Shown here: one piece after another, positions 1-9,270 of the stretch
Position numbering within the stretch: position 1 is the first letter of the stretch
Layout: every line of letters begins with the position of its first letter
Assembly (NCBI GenBank): GCA_963754945.1
Contig: CAVWIG010000023.1
Location: forward strand, 25,585 to 89,584
From: Methanotrichaceae archaeon
GTDB lineage: Archaea; Halobacteriota; Methanosarcinia; Methanotrichales; Methanotrichaceae
Direction of reading: 5' to 3'
DNA: 64,000 nt
The notes under the pieces: model-generated
The model's database searches: none
Told to the model about the DNA's origin: nothing
The model's input: only the letters and a program-made list of their open reading frames with translations
Program-made: the position numbers and the translations under genes

Positions 1-1096
1 CGCTACTTCATCCTTAACAGTTTCAATTTTATCGATTCGCCTATTCAGACATTGCCCTGTAAGGACATTCAGCTCTATCTCAGCCATATTTAGCCAACTG
101 CCATGCTTCGGCGTGTACACAAATTCAAACCTATCCATTAACGCCTTTGCCTTATCTGGCGTAAACTTCTCATAAAACGATCCTGCATTATGTGTGTTGA
201 GATTGTCCATCACCAATGTTATCTTTTCTGCATGTTCGTATTGGGCGGCGACATCTTCCATAAAGCAAGCCCAGTCCAGCGCAGTTTTTCTTTCAGTGAC
301 CTTTACCATACGCTTCCCGGCCAACGGTTCGCATGCAAGGAAAATATTTGATAAGCCGCAGCGTTTGTATTCATAGTCGTGTTTGGCAGCCCGCCCTGGA
401 GATATTGCAATAGGTACTCTTGTCTCGGATATCAGCTGCTTTGGAGATTCGTCCATGCATACAACCGGATGATATGAATCAAACGGACGCTTATAAACAT
501 CCAATACCCTTTCCATATTTGCGACGAAGCTACCGTTTTGATTTGGCGGAATTACCCATCCTTTGCGTTGCCATGGCTTGATCTCGTTTTTTTAAAATTT
601 GACGCACAGCTTCATGAGAAATGCTGTCAATGTAGTTGAGCTCGACGACCTTATCGGCTAACAGCCTCAAAGACCACCGCGCAAAACCATCTGGTGGTTC
701 GCTGCAACTCAATGCAACTAAATGGGCTTCAAAATCTCCATCGGTCTTCTTGGCATAGATGCGGTTTCCCGTTCTTCTTTCAAGAGCTGAATCAAGACCT
801 CCCTCTACAAATCGCTTTTTTAAACGGTCTATCTTTCTCATGCTTATATGGAGCACACGGGCTATTTCTTCATTCGTCGAGCCCTCTGTTTGGTACTCAC
901 CTTCATCACAACCGAGCAATATTAATGCATTGAGGATCTTCTGTGATTTTTGCTTTCCCTTGACTGTAAGGTCGCTAAGAGCTTTGCGCTCGTCCTCAGT
1001 AAGCGTTACGATATATTTCTTCATTGCTATTACCCCACATTGGATATGAAGATAATATATCTTAAACCTTATGTCACTTCAATATTGACGCGACAC
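1..1096 (-). mobile_element. IS630-family element (truncated by the window start); two-ORF transposase
   Basis: ORF 530..1024 is an IS630 HTH N-terminal half (RWSLRLLAD...ISHEAVRQILKK). After an A-run at about 587-593 the other frame continues EIKPWQ...VVCMDESPKQL...DYEYKRCG (DDE half). The element ends at CACTAG near 1094-1099. Confidence 0.9.
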
Positions 1097-1216
1097 TAGG
1101 TCTAGCCAGCCGTTCTGGCGACTCTGCTCATCTGACGCGCTCCGCGTGACAGGAATGAATTATGTTAGAATTATGCCAGAAAGATAAAAGCAGAAAATTG
1201 TGAATCGGGAGCCGGA

Positions 1217-1498
1217 TCAATCAGCCGTCATTCCGGCAAGATATGCCCGGGCTATGTGAGGATCGCATGCCAGCTCATTTATTCGCTGCTCAGACATTTC
1301 CCAGAGCATATCATCTATTTCGACCTCCTCATCTCTTTTCCGCCACCATGAGAGGCAGACGTCCGCCGCCTGATCGCAGGCGTCATCATCAGACAGATCG
1401 AGGGCGGCACAAAATGCTTCGCCCACGCATTCATTAACCGGTGCTCTAGTACAAAGATCACAAGTCATATAGCTCCTCACTCGAAATGTTGCATTCAT
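1217..1498 (-). CDS. Small acidic hypothetical protein with CxxC, possibly of mobile origin
   Basis: ATG at 1498 preceded by GGAGGGAGG; MNATFRVRSYMTCDLC...; family not recognised. Confidence 0.5.
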   Translation of the reverse strand: MNATFRVRSYMTCDLCTRAPVNECVGEAFCAALDLSDDDACDQAADVCLSWWRKRDEEVEIDDMLWEMSEQRINELACDPHIARAYLAGMTAD

Positions 1499-1729
1499 AA
1501 TCCTCCCTCCAAAGCCTGATACTTGGCTAATCCACCACGTGCAGGATATGTAAGAATGTTCGGGGCAAGATAATCTCACGCCGCATTAAGTTATTATTAC
1601 TCAATATGATTCAACCGGATGTTCCACTGGCTCCTGTATCTCGGTGCCTGAAAGCCGTGTGTCCTCCCATTTCTCCTTACTAGCTTATAGGTTACTCAAA
1701 ACACAACGCCTTTGGAGATAAAAAACGAA

Positions 1730-2071
1730 TCAGGCAGTAGCAAGAAACGGCTCTTTCGAGATCCTATCGCAGAAGACCTTTATCTGCTCCTCGTTCATCA
1801 TATTTTTGGGCACAACGAGGACTCGATATCCATCACCTTCAAGTCTGCTTGTCAGATCTTGGAATGTGTTCATTGCAATTTTATGTTTGCTCAGATCCGG
1901 CATCTTCAGAACAACGACCTTTTCAGATGGTATTACTGCGTCCACGACATAGCCCCACCGAGTAGGGCGATTCATCAGTACCACAATCTCCCTCCTCCCC
2001 AGCTCCAAGATTATGTCATCGAATTTCTTCATATCGGGATTTATGGCTTGTCTAATTTTAAATTCCTCCAC
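1730..2071 (-). CDS. Hypothetical protein with weak DUF559/Vsr-like pattern
   Basis: 113 aa ORF with an upstream TATA-like tract; pattern YVVDAVIP..KVVV...RLEGDGYRVLVV. Confidence 0.5.
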   Translation of the reverse strand: MEEFKIRQAINPDMKKFDDIILELGRREIVVLMNRPTRWGYVVDAVIPSEKVVVLKMPDLSKHKIAMNTFQDLTSRLEGDGYRVLVVPKNMMNEEQIKVFCDRISKEPFLATA

Positions 2072-2631
2072 ACGTTGGATTCCAAATAGTGATATATTTA
2101 TATATTATATTATTACTAAATTTCGCTATTATCATGATACTAGATGCAGCTAAATTCAAGAATTGCCTTCTTACTATATCAAGTAGCCTTTCGTAATCTC
2201 CGACGGGAAAGCGGATAGATATCGATAGCCTTATTCCATATAGTTCAGAGGGGTTTAATTATTTCAACAAAATCCCAGACCTCTTTTAGTAAGGGGTTGT
2301 CCTTCTTCAACCTCAATCATCTCATTTGATGTTTGGATCCAGAATTGTAACCTGTTTGTGCTCAATCATTGCTTTGTTCATTCTCATTTGATCCATTTGC
2401 CTCAAAAAAGTCTCCATTTAGACATCTTCCAAGACAGTTTTCACATCGGCGCATAGCCTTTAGCATGACAGTATGTCAGATATGCCTCAAAACAAATCTT
2501 CGAATGGCAGAGCAAATACAACTAACGCCAAAAATTTGAAGAGGGCACATGAAATTGCCCGGTGTTTGTTATTCCGCAGTTGCGGATGCGTTCAGGTAAA
2601 ACGGATTTAATTAGCTGAATAATCAAATCGG

Positions 2632-2850
2632 TTAATATCTGGATGACCTTGCAGGCCTATGCTTCTGGTAGCACTCGCTGCAGTAAACCGGCCTTGATCC
2701 GTCGGGCTTGAAAGGAACCTGGGTCTCTTTCCCGCACTCTGAGCAAGTTACAGTTGTCATCTCTCTCGGGCCGCTGTTATAGCCGCCTCTGCTAGGTCCT
2801 CTACTGCCGCTACTACCGCTGCTGCTACTTCCGTATTTTCTCTCGAACAT
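2632..2850 (-). CDS. CxxC-x17-CxxC zinc-finger domain protein
   Basis: CSECG...VPFKP...RPVYCSECY with a Gly/Ser/Arg-rich N-terminus. Confidence 0.9.
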   Translation of the reverse strand: MFERKYGSSSSGSSGSRGPSRGGYNSGPREMTTVTCSECGKETQVPFKPDGSRPVYCSECYQKHRPARSSRY

Positions 2851-3099
2851 TTAATTCACTTACCTGTTGTATCGATTCAAGGAATCGAAACCTGCTACAA
2901 AAAACATCTCAACAAAATCAATTGAATCGACGCAAAATGTAACGTCTTCTAAATGACTCTTCTGGATGATATACTTGTCGGTCAAAAACTCAAGGAACTC
3001 GGTCTCGAAATTTGTTTATATTCATGAGTGAGCATTCGAGATGGCATCTGTTCTATCTCAAGTTGAGCCTTTGATACGAGCATTGTTAAAACAAATTCA

Positions 3100-3184
3100 T
3101 GCGGGGGACGGGATTCGAACCCGCGAACACCTGCGTGACAGGGCCCTCAACCCTGCTCCTTTGACCTGGCTTGGAAACCCCCGC
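3100..3184 (-). tRNA. tRNA-Leu(GAG)
   Basis: Reverse complement GCGGGGGTTTCCAAGCCAGGTCAAAGGAGCAGGGTTGAGGGCCCTG...GGTTCGAATCCCGTCCCCCGCA; anticodon stem CAGGG/CCCTG around GAG; long variable arm; conserved position after rpoD. Confidence 0.95.
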
Positions 3185-3213
3185 TCAATATGAGATGGGC
3201 CTAGTTAGCCCAT

Positions 3214-4008
3214 CTAAGACAGCTCAGCCAGTTTGGCTTCCAGTGTCTCAGCTCTCAGCTTGATCTCCTCGGATGCCCTGGTCACCAGGTCCTTGGCATG
3301 CATGGAACCACTACTCTCAATGGCCAGCACGAAAGAGTCCAAAACCGGCGTGATCAAGACGGCTCCGGCTTCGCATTCCTCGACACAGAGCTTGCAAAGG
3401 GAGCATTCCACGGTATTTGTAGCTTTCGCTCTGCCGTCCTCCAAAACGAGGACTTTCCGCGGACACACTTCCACGCACTTCTTACACCCCGTGCATGCTT
3501 CGCTGACAACGATGCCGGGAAGGTTCTTGTAGCCGCAAAGGGTTCCGGACTGCCATTTGGCATGATCCCTCCCAACCCGTTTGGAAGCATAACCCTCTAC
3601 CACCAGCTTTTCGCCCTCACCCAGAATAACAATGGGTATGCTGTCGAAAGCCGGCTTGACCGTAGGATCGGTGAACTTGATATCCTTGGAATAAACGGTG
3701 CACGGACCCTCAGCGGATAGCATGAAATCTACCCTGCATCCTGGACAGCCTTCACCCGCGCACAGGCAGTCATCGGGCCTCGAATAGACGTCTAGATCTT
3801 CAGCCTGAAGAGGTATCAAACCTAACCGGAGAGATAGTATCTCGTCGAACAACACCGATGTGTTATCATACAGAACTATCTCATCTATGGCAAGGGTAGG
3901 AACCTCGCTCATACATGCCCGCCTGATGCCGTTGGCAAAAGCGGCTGTAACGCCGCTGAGGAGGAACTCAATTCGTTCCTCACTCAGTTCTAACAGTTCA
4001 ACCTTCAA
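3214..4008 (-). CDS. rpoD: DNA-directed RNA polymerase subunit D (Rpo3) with a ferredoxin-like 4Fe-4S domain
   Basis: ANGIRRA..SEVP, LRLGLIP, HAKW motifs; CTGCKKCVEVCP and CSLCKLCVEEC; follows rps11. Confidence 0.97.
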   Translation of the reverse strand: MKVELLELSEERIEFLLSGVTAAFANGIRRACMSEVPTLAIDEIVLYDNTSVLFDEILSLRLGLIPLQAEDLDVYSRPDDCLCAGEGCPGCRVDFMLSAEGPCTVYSKDIKFTDPTVKPAFDSIPIVILGEGEKLVVEGYASKRVGRDHAKWQSGTLCGYKNLPGIVVSEACTGCKKCVEVCPRKVLVLEDGRAKATNTVECSLCKLCVEECEAGAVLITPVLDSFVLAIESSGSMHAKDLVTRASEEIKLRAETLEAKLAELS

Positions 4009-4010
4009 AT

Positions 4011-4400
4011 CTACACCCTTCGACCCCTCTTTCCACCCTTGGGCTTTGTGCCGTCGTGTGGGATTGGGGTCACGTCTTCTATCCTGCCTATCCTAAGGCC
4101 AGCCCTTGCTAGCGCCCTTATGGATGCCTGAGCGCCGGGTCCTGGAGACCTCTGCTTGTTGCCTCCCGGAGCTCTCACCTTGACGTGAACGCCGACTATG
4201 CCTTTGTCTTTGACCGACTCCGCAACCTGCATGGCCATCTGCATGGCCGTGTAGGGTGAACTCTCGTCCCTTGCTGCCTTGACCACCATTCCACCGGAGA
4301 TCTTGGCTATGGTCTCCGCCCCGGTCAGATCGGTAATAGTTATCAGCGTATTGTTAAAGGATGAGAATATGTGGGCTATGCCCCATTTGCCTTCTGCCAT
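4011..4400 (-). CDS. rps11: 30S ribosomal protein S11
   Basis: [13 protein letters not shown]...DESSPYTAM...DVTPIPHDG. Confidence 0.98.
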   Translation of the reverse strand: MAEGKWGIAHIFSSFNNTLITITDLTGAETIAKISGGMVVKAARDESSPYTAMQMAMQVAESVKDKGIVGVHVKVRAPGGNKQRSPGPGAQASIRALARAGLRIGRIEDVTPIPHDGTKPKGGKRGRRV

Positions 4401-4937
4401 TTATCCTTCCACCTTGGCTGTCCTGGATGCCCTCTCTGGATGGCCTTCCTTGGCCATAGGCGATCCAAGATAGTAGTCTATGGTCATCTCTTCGCCACGC
4501 CTAACCAGGTAGCTTGGAATTGTGACCCTGCGCCCAGAGACCTGAACGTGGCCGTGAGTGATGAACTGCCTGGACTGCTTCATTGAGTTAGCCAGACCCT
4601 GACGGTACACCTGCGTCTGCAGTCTTCTTTCTAGAACATCAGTAATCTTCATGGATAAAACTGCATCCAAATCGCCATCTTCCTTGAGCATGCCGTACTT
4701 CTTAAGGCGGTTTAGAATAGCTTCCACTTTCGGATCAGCCTGGCCGGATGCCACAGACGCAAGCAGCGTTCGGCTGGAGTGCCTGTACTTCCTGAGAACA
4801 GCCTGGGCTTTCCACAGCTCTCTCTTGTTTCGAAGCCCGAAGGACTTCACCAGCACTACCTCTCCGGCAATCCTCTCTGACTGGAAGGGGGTTCGCGGCC
4901 TGCTGTACGTTTTGCGGTTCTTTCCTGGGTATCCCAT
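4401..4937 (-). CDS. rps4: 30S ribosomal protein S4
   Basis: MGYPGK...GLRNKRELW...LERRLQT...RQFITHGH. Confidence 0.98.
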   Translation of the reverse strand: MGYPGKNRKTYSRPRTPFQSERIAGEVVLVKSFGLRNKRELWKAQAVLRKYRHSSRTLLASVASGQADPKVEAILNRLKKYGMLKEDGDLDAVLSMKITDVLERRLQTQVYRQGLANSMKQSRQFITHGHVQVSGRRVTIPSYLVRRGEEMTIDYYLGSPMAKEGHPERASRTAKVEG

Positions 4938-4947
4938 TTTTTACCAC

Positions 4948-5490
4948 CTACTCCTTAGTTGCCGCCGGTGCCGCTACAGGTGCTCCTTCCTTCTTCCTGC
5001 TTACTCCCACGATAGCGCCAGTTCGCCCGGTGGAACGAGTCTTCTGGCCTCTAACCCGCAAGCCACGTTCGTGCCTGATGCCCTTGTAGGACCTCATTTT
5101 CTTCATTAGGTCCAGATCTTCTCTCAGGATCATGGCGAGGTCCATGCCCATGACATGCTTGTCCTGGCCGGTCTCAACGTCCTTCCTCCTGTTCATCATC
5201 CATACAGGCAGGTTTGCGCTGGCTTCTTCTATGACCTTCTTAAGATCGTTGATCTTCTCGTCTGGCAAAAGACCCAGAATTGCATATGGATCCACTCCGG
5301 CCTTTTCAGCAAAGATCCGGCCAGTTCTACGGCCCACACCCTTCATGCCAGCAAGAGCCATGTGGACCTGTCGCTTCCCCTCCAGGTCCGAATTCATAAT
5401 ACGAACTATGTGCTTGAGTTCTTCGGCCACTTCGGCCTTCTTAGGTTTCTCAGGCTTCTCTTCTGCCTTTTTAGGTTTATCTTTAGCCAA
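4948..5490 (-). CDS. rps13: 30S ribosomal protein S13
   Basis: HIVRI..DLEG...YKGIRHERGLRVRGQKTRSTGR; TTG start at 5490 after a GGAGG Shine-Dalgarno. Confidence 0.97.
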   Translation of the reverse strand: MAKDKPKKAEEKPEKPKKAEVAEELKHIVRIMNSDLEGKRQVHMALAGMKGVGRRTGRIFAEKAGVDPYAILGLLPDEKINDLKKVIEEASANLPVWMMNRRKDVETGQDKHVMGMDLAMILREDLDLMKKMRSYKGIRHERGLRVRGQKTRSTGRTGAIVGVSRKKEGAPVAAPAATKE

Positions 5491-5739
5491 ATTATTCCTC
5501 CAGATGTCTGGGTAGCCCAGAGAACACTTCTGGAGCAGCCCCGGTCTGTTGCCGGCGCCGCCCAATCACCACGTAGTGGGGCGAATGTCCATTGAGTCCA
5601 AATTGAAGAGACGCTACTTATACATAAGACTTATGATCTCTGCGTTGCTCCTTGGTCGGCATCTACTTACCTCCTCATTTCAGGCTCTTCGCAGGTGTCC
5701 TGACGCTACACATTCGGCCACTACCAGTCCAAGTCATTC

Positions 5740-6999
5740 TCAGACGCCGATCATCGCTCCTATGCTCGCCATCTCCTGGAAGAAACCCGGGTAGGAAACG
5801 TCCACACACTCAGCGGTATCTATTCGTGTCTTTCCGGTCGCCATCCCTGCAATGGCCAGGGCCATTACGATCCTGTGGTCATCGTAACCCTTCACGTCGG
5901 CACCATGTAGCTCGCCACCGACGATCTCCAGGCCGTCTGGTTTCTCCTTTATATTAGCCCCCATCTTGGAGAGCTCGGTTGCCATAGCATGAAGCCGGTC
6001 GGTCTCCTTGTGACGGACGTGCTCGGCGTTGGAGACAACGGTCTTTCCTTTGGCAAGTGCTCCCAGCACAGCAATCGTAGGAACAAGATCCGGAGTGAGG
6101 CTGGCGTCCACATCGACTCCGTGCAGTTCTCGACCTTTAATTCGGAGCACACCTTCGACCTGGTCCCAGGAGATCTCCGCGCCCATGCGCCCGAGGATAT
6201 CCACGATGGCCGAGTCTCCCTGACGCGACGGCAGCACGCCTCTGACAACTACCTCTCCGCACGTCACTGCTGCTGCGGCTAAAGGATAAGAAGCTGAAGA
6301 GAAATCTCCGGGGATTTTGTAGCTCTTCAGGTTGTAGGATTGGCCTCCTTCTACCTCGAACTCCTGCTTATCGGCCTCGATTTTTGCTCCAGCATCCTTG
6401 AGCATGTTCAGGGTGATCTCTGCGTAGGGCCGTGACTTGAGTTCACCCTCTATTATGATCTTGGTATCGCCTTCAGAAAGCGGCGAAGCTATGAGCAGTG
6501 CTGACAGAAACTGAGAACTCACGCTGCCGTTCAGTTTTGCCACTCCGCCTTTCATGCGTCCCTGGACGACCAATGGAGCCTTGCCATTTCCTTTAATGGA
6601 GAAGGCGTTGACGCCCAGGTCGTTTAATGCGCTAAGCAACGGACCATTTGGCCTGGATCTGATCGACGCATCGCCTGTCAGCACGGCCCCATTGGTCAGG
6701 GAAGCCACTGCAGAACAGAAGCGCATGGTCGTTCCAGAGTTCAAGACGTTAATGACGTCCTCAGGAGTCTGGGGCTTGCCTGAAACACCCTCGATCTGGA
6801 TATCTTCTTTTCTCGTGATCTTGGCACCGAAAGCCTCGCATGCGGCAATGGTTGCCCTGGTATCTGCAGATATAAGGGGCCTTTTGACAGTTCCACCAGG
6901 ACCTAAGGCAGTAATTAGAATGGCCCGGTGAGTATAACTCTTTGATGGCGGAGCATAGACCTCGCCTGACACCACCGAACGTTCGACTGATACTATCAT
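5740..6999 (-). CDS. aroA: 3-phosphoshikimate 1-carboxyvinyltransferase
   Basis: PPSKSYTHR, NSGTTMRF, SSQFLSALL, KETDR, DDHRIVMA. Confidence 0.97.
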   Translation of the reverse strand: MIVSVERSVVSGEVYAPPSKSYTHRAILITALGPGGTVKRPLISADTRATIAACEAFGAKITRKEDIQIEGVSGKPQTPEDVINVLNSGTTMRFCSAVASLTNGAVLTGDASIRSRPNGPLLSALNDLGVNAFSIKGNGKAPLVVQGRMKGGVAKLNGSVSSQFLSALLIASPLSEGDTKIIIEGELKSRPYAEITLNMLKDAGAKIEADKQEFEVEGGQSYNLKSYKIPGDFSSASYPLAAAAVTCGEVVVRGVLPSRQGDSAIVDILGRMGAEISWDQVEGVLRIKGRELHGVDVDASLTPDLVPTIAVLGALAKGKTVVSNAEHVRHKETDRLHAMATELSKMGANIKEKPDGLEIVGGELHGADVKGYDDHRIVMALAIAGMATGKTRIDTAECVDVSYPGFFQEMASIGAMIGV

Positions 7000-7462
7000 A
7001 GTCGCTTAGACAACCTATGAGTATAAGAAATGTTGCGCCAGAAGGCCTTTCTTTGGACTTTAGACCAATCAGCCTTGCAATTGAAATTCAATACTACTTA
7101 CACTTGTGAATTTGACCCAAATCTGTTCCTGATAATATTCTTGCCGACAAGTATCTACACCTGGCCTAAGTATATCGTTTTCAGCTCGACAAAGGAGATC
7201 GTGGAGAAGACTCAACTAAACCTTACTGATAAGATCAGTGCATCCTATCTGTCACTCCAGGTAGCTAGTGTATCGCTTCCAAAATGAACGCACAATGGAA
7301 TAATATGCACTAAAAGCATCTAATTGCTAGATTATTTTGGAATCGCTATACTAGATTTAGCGTTGAGTACGAGGAATTTTGAAAGAACTGGATGAGAAAT
7401 TAAAGGAGAAGATGCCGTCCCAGAATAACAATTGTCCAAAAGAGCAAAATGGTGAGCAAAGA

Positions 7463-8098
7463 TTAAGCCGCTTTGCTCACGTCTATCTCCAGTGCGTCAC
7501 TGAACGTCCTTGATGCTCCTGATGCAGATGCAATTATTGTTGCCTTGTAGGCCCCCATGGTTGAAATGGCATTCCATATCCCTGCATATTTCTCTCCAGA
7601 GGTGTGCTCCAGATTCACTTTGCCTACCTCTAAACCATCAGAGTTTTTAATGGTCGCATAAGCCGTCATATTAGTCACGGGATTGCTCTGAGAGTCTGAA
7701 CTGTTGTTTCCGAAAGTCGCGGTGATCATTACAGGGTTTCCTGAGTTTACTGGATTGGGCATAGCGTTTATGTCCTTCAGACTGACATTAAGCGTTGACG
7801 TCGCCGCGGGATTGTTTGTGCCACTGGCAGGGTTGCTAGTGCCCGTTTTGAGCAGATTGGAATTGAAATCTGAATTCATCTGTCTGATCCGCTCCGGGTT
7901 GCTCAAGCTTGAGGGCACATCATTTATGGGTTTGCCTTCCATAAAATTGTTTGCGCTTGCAGACCAATCCTGGTCGGCACTACCACACGTCGTACAAATT
8001 GCGAATGCATTAAAGGACAAACTTGCCTCTATCACCATGATGGACACTAAAACCAGAAGGATTACTGATTTTGTCATAACATCTCCTTTATCGCTCAT
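7463..8098 (-). CDS. Secreted hypothetical protein with a C-terminal Ig-like beta region
   Basis: Signal peptide, ICTTCG, Ser/Asn/Thr-rich linker, PNPV..G.PV.ITA pattern. Confidence 0.65.
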   Translation of the reverse strand: MSDKGDVMTKSVILLVLVSIMVIEASLSFNAFAICTTCGSADQDWSASANNFMEGKPINDVPSSLSNPERIRQMNSDFNSNLLKTGTSNPASGTNNPAATSTLNVSLKDINAMPNPVNSGNPVMITATFGNNSSDSQSNPVTNMTAYATIKNSDGLEVGKVNLEHTSGEKYAGIWNAISTMGAYKATIIASASGASRTFSDALEIDVSKAA

Positions 8099-8502
8099 TT
8101 GATTCGGGCAAAGTTCTTCTTACTGAGTGTTCATCGATGAAGATTTTCTTCGCCTTCTTCCTCCCGCTATCTATATTCAATTATATCTCCTTTACGCCTA
8201 AAGAAAGTACTCCACGTGAATTGCCGAATTCGGGTGTTGGCAGATCTACTGGATCTCAATCATGCTCTTGAAGGGCGCAATGACTTCAGAATTCTCGCTG
8301 GGCTAAATTGAGGTACGACTGGCCTCGTTACTCCAAATAATACGAGATAATTATCTTTGACTCCATTTGGATGTCAAGAACTGAATCTTAGCACTTGCCA
8401 GATACGGACTTTTACGAATGTGATTCATCAACTCCGAACGATCCGTCCTGGAGAGAGTTTAAATTCAGGTAAGAGAAACGGCACGGGAAATATGGAGGAA
8501 AA

Positions 8503-8958
8503 TTGGTGAGACGTTTAATGGGATTTGGATTTGTGCTCTTATCGATCATTTTGGCTCTTTCTTTTGGGGTAGCCTCAGCAGAACAGGTCGAGCATAAGGT
8601 CAACTCTACCAGTTCGTCGGATCAAATCACCCCGACAGGGAATATTACTCAAGAATCGAGGGTTCTTCTGAACGCTACGAACACAACTGACACCCTGAAT
8701 TCAACCAAGCTCAAAAATGCGACTATGCTTGAGAATTTGACCATACCTGAGAATGTCAGTTCGAAGAACAAGGTCGTTATCAATGTATCTGCTATTCCAT
8801 TTGACATCGGACCTTCCAGCAAGACAGTTTTCGCGATTGACGACGGAGTGACCCCGATCAAAAGTGCAGGAAATATAGGGCAATCTTCAATTAACGGCGC
8901 TTCACTAATGCGTGCAGTTGATGGAACACCGCATGGATACACTACATATTATAATTGA
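8503..8958 (+). CDS. Secreted hypothetical protein with many N-glycosylation sequons
   Basis: GGAGG Shine-Dalgarno, signal peptide ending ASA, repeated NxT/S. Confidence 0.65.
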   Translation: MVRRLMGFGFVLLSIILALSFGVASAEQVEHKVNSTSSSDQITPTGNITQESRVLLNATNTTDTLNSTKLKNATMLENLTIPENVSSKNKVVINVSAIPFDIGPSSKTVFAIDDGVTPIKSAGNIGQSSINGASLMRAVDGTPHGYTTYYN

Positions 8959-9270
8959 ATCGTTCTCCGAAGATGTGCAGCGAAATATAGCAGGAAATGA
9001 CGCCTCGCATTGTAGACAGGATAAGTACTGCAGTTCCAGGATAATCTAATGTTGAGGATACTTCAATCTATCAGTGGCCATTTTCAGCTAAGATTTGAGG
9101 AACGATCAAGCTCATGTGGATTTCGAATCCCCTTTTAGCGACTTTCGGCCTCAACGGAGATGAAGATAGAGGAGAGGCGCTGGAGCACTGCCTGCGATCA
9201 TGATCGTTGAGTATTAATACCAAATAAACGAAGGGTAACGGATTAAGGAATTTATCAGCAGGAGGTCTTT

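Noticed and set aside
580-600. Slippery A-run in the first IS630 as novel recoding
   Set aside because: Two-ORF frameshifted transposases are well known in IS630.
3330-3500. 4Fe-4S ferredoxin-like domain in RpoD
   Set aside because: Already described for Methanosarcinales RpoD.
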